Assembly (NCBI GenBank): GCA_040905365.1
Contig: JBBDRQ010000061.1
Coordinates: forward strand, 21,079-85,078
Direction: 5' to 3'
DNA length: 64,000 nt
Origin: Actinomycetota bacterium
GTDB lineage: Bacteria; Actinomycetota; CADDZG01; JAHWKV01
The notes beneath the pieces are model-generated. The model worked only from the letters and a program-made list of their open reading frames with translations. It was not told where the DNA came from and did no database searches. The position numbers were made by a program, and so were the translations under genes. This document shows positions 58,930 to 64,000 of this stretch, one piece after another (position 1 is the stretch's first letter; the number at the start of each line of letters is the position of its first letter).

Positions 58930-59442
58930 TTGTTGGCTAATTCTACAAGGACGGCTAGGATCAATCGAGTCGTGAACGGTGATCGACCCGCAGGTGCCCG
59001 GAATCCGGAGGTTGGCTTGGAGAATGAAGACTCCCTGGTTCGCCGGCGCGCCCAATGGGTGGACGCCGTCAACGCTGAGTCCATCGACGGGCACGTCGGT
59101 TTGTTAGGTGAGCGGGTACTTTGGCTGCGGCCCGGTCAACTCGCCCTGCACGGGCGAAAAGAGGTGTTGGACTGGCTGACGCCCTTTTTCGATCAGTTCG
59201 AGTACCGGTTCTCGGTCGACCAGACTCTGCTGCGCATCACCGATGATTGGGCGGTCGACAGGGGAGTCTTTACCTCTCACGTCAGGCCCAAAGGGGCCGA
59301 ACCTTGGGACGAGCATCGCGGGGTGTACTTAATGACCTGGCACCGAGAGCCGGACGATAGTTGGTACGTGCATCAGTACGTGGACGTGACCGGCTTACTT
59401 TCCGTTGATCCCGGCGAGGACGAGCCTGGCGCTAGGGGCTGA
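58930..59442 (+). CDS. NTF2-like (SnoaL/DUF4440-type) protein
   Basis: 170 aa; AQWVDAVNAESIDGHVGLLGERVLWLRPG pattern. Confidence 0.55.
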   Translation: MLANSTRTARINRVVNGDRPAGARNPEVGLENEDSLVRRRAQWVDAVNAESIDGHVGLLGERVLWLRPGQLALHGRKEVLDWLTPFFDQFEYRFSVDQTLLRITDDWAVDRGVFTSHVRPKGAEPWDEHRGVYLMTWHREPDDSWYVHQYVDVTGLLSVDPGEDEPGARG

Positions 59443-59779
59443 GTGGATCGACGGTGCAGCCGGTGTCATCCCCATTCGAACTTTCGTCGTGGACGGCAAT
59501 CGGGTCGTGGGGGACTTGCAGCTCGTCGGCTCCGGTGGCGGTGGTTTCGTCGCCGCGCGGCGGACACGCACCCGGGGTGCGGACGGGCGAAGCTGCAGGA
59601 TCCGGTTCATCGGGCGAAGAGGCTTCGACGCACTGGTCTATGGATTCACAAAGTTCTGGCTCTGCTACCGCGATGGCCGGAGGGGGATCCGAACCTTCGG
59701 TATGTGAATTGCTCCCGATCTGGGACAAACCCGCGGAGCCCAACAGGACGACGACCGCGATCAACTGAAGGGTCGGCAT
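59432..59779 (-). CDS. Small secreted acidic Cys-containing protein
   Basis: Signal peptide MPTLQLIAVVVLLGSAGLSQIGS, then a D/E/P-rich region with 5 Cys. Convergent 11-nt overlap with the NTF2-like gene. Confidence 0.4.
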   Translation of the reverse strand: MPTLQLIAVVVLLGSAGLSQIGSNSHTEGSDPPPAIAVAEPELCESIDQCVEASSPDEPDPAASPVRTPGACPPRGDETTATGADELQVPHDPIAVHDESSNGDDTGCTVDPLSP

Positions 59780-60026
59780 TTTGGCCCCTTTCCCGGCTCC
59801 CGGCTGCCGGGATTCGGAGCGGTCGTGAGGGCGACGTTGAATCGGCGGGGGTTTCATCCACTAATCCGAACACCGCGTTTGGGCTCATCGGGGGACGAGC
59901 GCTTGAGGTTCCCTGATTTGTTCGAGCCAACGGCTCCGATGACGTTGGGTAGATCTTGCGGTTTGAAGTTTCGCTGCACAGGCGTCGTAAAATGGTTTTT
60001 GGTCGGCACCAACAGTCCAAGATTTC

Positions 60027-60632
60027 TTGAGCGCTGGAGGTTGCTTTGGTGAAACCGCAAAGAGCCAGTTGAACAATGGGCCCGACGGTGGGTTTGTCTT
60101 CGAAAGCGGATTGGGCCGTTGTGCTCAGATCGAGGCTGAGGTGAGCGAAGACCAGATCGACACGTTTGCGTGGGAGAAGTATCCGCAACCGTTTTGGAAC
60201 GAGCCCAATTCCGTAGCCAGAGCCCTGCGCATGTTGTCGGAGGCTCAGGACGAGGATCAGGCCGGGGACGCGTACGTTGAGTTGCTGCAAGCCTTCGGTA
60301 ATCCGCGCACCGGCACTTACTGGCCTGTCGTGTTGCCGGCAACGCAATTTCTCGCCGAGATTTTGGAGGGACCCGAGGAATGGGCCCGAGCGGCTGCGCT
60401 GGATGTCTTGATCGAGCTGGCGTCCGCCCTGGTTCCCGAACCCGGGTTCGGAACTTTCCGCAGCGCGGCCGGCGTCGAGATCGACGTAAGCAAGGATCTG
60501 GCTCGGAGGATACGCAACCTGATGTCGACGGTGGAGCGGATCGCGTCGTCGCCGGAGTCGGCCCGGCGTGAGCGGGATCGAGCCGACGAGTTGATCTTTT
60601 GTGTCTCCGGAAGCGCCGGGCCGACCGGGTAG
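60027..60632 (+). CDS. Hypothetical protein
   Basis: 201-aa ORF with protein-like composition. No domain recognised. Confidence 0.45.
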   Translation: MSAGGCFGETAKSQLNNGPDGGFVFESGLGRCAQIEAEVSEDQIDTFAWEKYPQPFWNEPNSVARALRMLSEAQDEDQAGDAYVELLQAFGNPRTGTYWPVVLPATQFLAEILEGPEEWARAAALDVLIELASALVPEPGFGTFRSAAGVEIDVSKDLARRIRNLMSTVERIASSPESARRERDRADELIFCVSGSAGPTG

Positions 60633-61155
60633 GCCAGGCTTGAGGTATTTCGCCTACGGATCCAACATGCTTACCCTCCGGCTCGAGCGGCGAGTGGGCA
60701 GGGTAGAGTTGCTTGGGCGGGCCAAGATCGGGGGCCGCCGGCTCGCTTTCCACAAGCGCAGCGGGGACGGTTCGGGCAAGTGCGACATACCGGTTGCCGA
60801 GGACGTAGGCGCGGTGGTTCATGGAGTGGTTTACGAGATGCCGGACGCGGCGATCGAGGATCTGGACCACTTCGAGGGAGGTTATGAGCGCACCCTCTTG
60901 GAGGTTGACCTGTCGGGAGTTCCGACTCAGGTGCACGCCTATCTGGCTCACCCTCGCAACGTTGACCGGCGAGCTCGGCCCTTCGACTGGTACCTGCGGT
61001 TGGTTGGGGCGGGAATCCACGAGCACGGATTGAGTGAGGAGTACCGCTCCGTCCTCACAGAGGTGGCCGCCCAGCCGGACCCCTTCCCGAGCCGCGCGGA
61101 TCGGTTGGAAGCGTTGGGTATCTTGAACGATTTCTACGCTGCGGTCGAGCGCTAA
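60601..61155 (+). CDS. Gamma-glutamyl cyclotransferase-like (AIG2/GGCT fold) protein
   Basis: YFAYGSNM motif. The true start is probably the TTG near 60640 (MRYFAYGSNM). Confidence 0.6.
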   Translation: MSPEAPGRPGRPGLRYFAYGSNMLTLRLERRVGRVELLGRAKIGGRRLAFHKRSGDGSGKCDIPVAEDVGAVVHGVVYEMPDAAIEDLDHFEGGYERTLLEVDLSGVPTQVHAYLAHPRNVDRRARPFDWYLRLVGAGIHEHGLSEEYRSVLTEVAAQPDPFPSRADRLEALGILNDFYAAVER

Positions 61156-61901
61156 GCGCGACATCCGTAGTATTCGCGCAGGGCCCGGACCAGCCCCGGC
61201 ATCGTGTGTTCGGCAGCCTCGGTGTCCACCTGAACTCCTCTTCTCCGGCAGGCAGCCGAGGTGGCCGGACCTATGCTGCAGACCACAACTGTTCTTTCGT
61301 GGCCGGACACGGCTGATGCGAAGCTCTGGGCAATGGAAGCGCTGGTCAGCGCCACCGCGTCGCATTCCCGGTACGCCTCGCGGATCTGCTGCGTTTCGCC
61401 GGGGGCCGTGCGGTAAGCGTCGATTCTGTCCACCTCGAACCCCCGGGCGCCAAGTTTGTGGTCGAGTTCCTCGGTGGCCACGTCGGCCCGGACCAGCAGG
61501 ACCTTTGCCGGCGGCTCGGGCAGCCGATCACCGAGCGTCGCCGAGGTAAAAGAAGAAGGCATCCAGGTCACCTGCAGGCCGTAGGCCTCAAGGGCTCGGG
61601 CGGTTCCGGGGCCTATTGCCCCCACGTTGGCGGGGAAATGCTCCGGGCCCACCCCCTGGGACGTAGCCCGGTCGGTGAAGCCGGCGACTCCGTTGACGCT
61701 GGTGAAAACGATCCAGTCGTACTCGCCGACACTGCGCAGAGCCGAGTCTGTGGGCCCCCAGTTTTCCGGGGGGAGGATCCGTATGGCCGGGACCATTACC
61801 GGTATGGCTCCGGCGGCCTCCAGCATGCCGGCCAGCTCGCCGGACTGGTGTTCGGGACGCAGCACCAGAACTCTGACATCTTGCAGGGGGTGGCCCATCA
61901 A
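61152..61901 (-). CDS. hemD: Uroporphyrinogen-III synthase
   Basis: 249 aa in the HemD family. 4-nt overlap with hemC. Confidence 0.8.
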   Translation of the reverse strand: MMGHPLQDVRVLVLRPEHQSGELAGMLEAAGAIPVMVPAIRILPPENWGPTDSALRSVGEYDWIVFTSVNGVAGFTDRATSQGVGPEHFPANVGAIGPGTARALEAYGLQVTWMPSSFTSATLGDRLPEPPAKVLLVRADVATEELDHKLGARGFEVDRIDAYRTAPGETQQIREAYRECDAVALTSASIAQSFASAVSGHERTVVVCSIGPATSAACRRRGVQVDTEAAEHTMPGLVRALREYYGCRA

Positions 61902-62788
61902 CTCAGACCCAGTAGGTCCTTTGCGCCCTGTTCGATTAGCGCGGCGGCGACCTGCTCTGCCACCTCGTGCGGAAAACCTCCGTCCCCGGTAGCTCGGTGA
62001 AAGGCTTCGCGGGTTCCGTCGGCGGAGACCACTCGGGCCTGGATCTCGATCTGGCCATCGTCGATTGTTGCCAGCACCGCAACGGGCAGCATGCAGCCCC
62101 CTCCCAGTGCGGCCAGCACTTCCCGCTCGGCCGCGGTGGCTACCGCGCTTTGTATGTGGTCGATCCCGCCGATGATCAGCGGGATCTCTAGGGGTCCGGT
62201 GCGCACCTCCAAGGCGAGAGCTCCTTGGCCGGGTGCCGGCAGCGCCTGTTCGAATGGCAGTATCTGCGCCGCCTCGATTCCCAAACGCTGCAAACCGGCC
62301 GCAGCCACCATTGCGGCATCGCAGTCGCCGCGGGCGATTTTTTGCAGGCGGGTTGGGATGTTCCCATTGAGCGGCACCACCTCGAGGTCGGATCGCAGCC
62401 GCTTGATTTGAGCCAGGCGGCGGGGACTGGACGTTCCCACTTTTGCTCCGTTGGGCAAAGCGTCGAGCGAGGTGCCGATCATGGCCTCCCGTGCGTCGGC
62501 GCGTTCGGGCACGGCGGCGACGACGAGTCCTTCGACCGGCTTGGTCGGCAGGTCTTTTAGGGAGTGGACGGCCACGTCGATCCGGTCATCGAGCAGAGCG
62601 CTTTGGATTTCCTTGACGAAGATGCCCTCCCCCAGGTTGGGGTTCGACCGGTCCAACTTGGGCTTGGAGTCGATCACCACGACACTGAAATCCTTCTCCG
62701 GCGCTACCTCCCGGAGCCGCTCGACAACCCAGTTGGCCTGCACCAGTGCGAGCCTGCTTCCGCGGGTTCCGATGCGTATGGGGTTCAC
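61898..62788 (-). CDS. hemC: Porphobilinogen deaminase (hydroxymethylbilane synthase)
   Basis: N-terminus IRIGTRGSRLALVQA. Confidence 0.9.
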   Translation of the reverse strand: MNPIRIGTRGSRLALVQANWVVERLREVAPEKDFSVVVIDSKPKLDRSNPNLGEGIFVKEIQSALLDDRIDVAVHSLKDLPTKPVEGLVVAAVPERADAREAMIGTSLDALPNGAKVGTSSPRRLAQIKRLRSDLEVVPLNGNIPTRLQKIARGDCDAAMVAAAGLQRLGIEAAQILPFEQALPAPGQGALALEVRTGPLEIPLIIGGIDHIQSAVATAAEREVLAALGGGCMLPVAVLATIDDGQIEIQARVVSADGTREAFHRATGDGGFPHEVAEQVAAALIEQGAKDLLGLS

Positions 62789-62791
62789 CAG

Positions 62792-63988
62792 CTATTCACC
62801 CAGCCGGAACAGCCTCCGGATGGTTTCCCGATCGGCCTCGTTGCACCGCCTCAGCTCCACCGTCGGTCCGTGCAACAGTTTGTTGGCGATGCGGTTGCCC
62901 AGCGCTTCGACCTTGAGGAGCTGCTCGGGGGACAGGTCGAGCGATCCGGTGACCCGCTTGAGCTCGTCCTCGACGATCCCCTCGGCAAAGGTGCGCAACT
63001 CCTGGATAGCCGGTCCCGAGGCCCGCGTGTCGGCCCAGTGCAGCAGGTCGGCCACTTCTTTTTTGACCATCGACTCCGCATCGATCATGGCGTCGGTAAT
63101 CTCGGGTCCACGCGGTCCGGGAAGCTGCTCCAAATCGACCACTTCCAAGTAGCCACGGCTCGTGGCCTCGACCACGCTGGGAGCCGACAGGTCCAGGACC
63201 AGCAGGCCGGATCGGTCGCGGGTCGGGAAGTCGGCCTGGTGCAGTCTGAAATCTCCCGACAACGCCACGACCACAACATCCATCTCCTCCAGCAGGACCG
63301 GCAGCTTGTCCAAGGTGTGGACGTCGTCGGTGCCCAGGTCGTCAGCAAGCTGCATCGCCGAGGCAAGCGTGCGGCTGGCAACTGTCAGAGCGGCACCGGC
63401 CTTCCGGCACCCGAACGCCGCGTCGTAGCCGATTTCACCGGCTCCAACGATCAACGCTCGCTTGTCCTCCAGGCCGTCGAACCGTCTGCTGAGGTAATCG
63501 GCTGCTATGTCTCCGATGGAGCGGCCCAGCCGTCCAAGGGCGGTCTCGTTGCGAACCCGGCGGCCCAGGCGAATGGCCCGCCCGAAAATATTGTTCAGCG
63601 ATGGGCCGGTGGTGCGCGCCTCCTGCGCCAGTACCAGAGCCTGTCGTACCTGGCTCAAGACCTGGGGCTCACCTATCACCAGCGAGTCCAGACCGCAGGC
63701 CACCCTAAACAGGTGCTCGATCGCGTCGGCGCCCTGCATAAAGCGTACGTCGTGGTGGTCGGTCGGAAGCAGGCCGGGCATGATGGCCGCGACCGCGTGG
63801 ACCACGTCGGCCTCCAAGCCGTCACCGGTCGCATAGATCTCAGTGCGGTGGCAGGTCGACAGAACCAGCAGTTCGGCCAGTCCGGGGCGGGGGGCGGTCA
63901 GCAGGTCTTTCTGTCCCTGCTCGTCCAGGGACAACCGATCACGTAACTCCTGAGGAGACTGCCGTCCGGCGCTTAGGGCAACAATCAT
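62792..63988 (-). CDS. hemA: Glutamyl-tRNA reductase
   Basis: LSTCHRTEIY active-site Cys motif. NADPH-binding domain. Confidence 0.85.
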   Translation of the reverse strand: MIVALSAGRQSPQELRDRLSLDEQGQKDLLTAPRPGLAELLVLSTCHRTEIYATGDGLEADVVHAVAAIMPGLLPTDHHDVRFMQGADAIEHLFRVACGLDSLVIGEPQVLSQVRQALVLAQEARTTGPSLNNIFGRAIRLGRRVRNETALGRLGRSIGDIAADYLSRRFDGLEDKRALIVGAGEIGYDAAFGCRKAGAALTVASRTLASAMQLADDLGTDDVHTLDKLPVLLEEMDVVVVALSGDFRLHQADFPTRDRSGLLVLDLSAPSVVEATSRGYLEVVDLEQLPGPRGPEITDAMIDAESMVKKEVADLLHWADTRASGPAIQELRTFAEGIVEDELKRVTGSLDLSPEQLLKVEALGNRIANKLLHGPTVELRRCNEADRETIRRLFRLGE

Positions 63989-64000
63989 GTGGTTAGCCAG

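Overview
This is a high-GC (roughly 65-70%) chromosomal segment from an actinobacterium, with gene order resembling Mycobacterium: sigH-rshA ... pdtaS-whiB1, an imuA'-imuB cassette behind a TCGAAC-N4-GTTCGA SOS box, a MarP-like CvpA-protease, MmpL/TetR, ErpA, an FdxC-type ferredoxin, and UPF0182 next to a PDZ-Lon protein. I call about 75 protein genes, one tRNA-Met, and no rRNA, CRISPR array or IS element. Gene blocks in order: lipA/lgt; fdx-erpA-whiB; a formiminotransferase-like gene and a DUF302-like gene; a rhodanese-MoeB/ThiF fusion whose reading frame contains a TGA exactly where MoeB/MoeZ have a conserved Cys (selenocysteine candidate, with a hairpin 13 nt downstream); cspA; an ECF sigma/anti-sigma pair; mreB, a CvpA-trypsin fusion and a PDZ-Lon protein; an orphan multi-TM histidine kinase, a FecR-like lipoprotein and a DivIVA-domain fusion protein; UPF0182; and tRNA-Met. 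The tRNA is followed by a copper module: an RDD protein, a truncated TlpA-like thioredoxin fragment carrying a second TGA in place of the first Cys of CxxC, a cupredoxin, a SHOCT protein and a multidomain CopA with a CsoR-type operator but no csoR. After that come a beta-carbonic anhydrase; imuA'-imuB; MmpL/TetR; an 11-gene urtABCDE-ureABCFGD operon with a four-repeat GlnR-type box and no ureE; sigH-rshA; an M15 peptidase; pdtaS-whiB1; an NHEJ ligase and Ku; an ABC-2 exporter; and heme genes (hemQ-hemL-hemB and hemD-hemC-hemA) with leuCD embedded and leuD-hemB overlapping by ATGA. Many long antisense ORFs in the six-frame track are shadows typical of GC-rich DNA and were not called. Motif coordinates read directly from the sequence may be off by 1.
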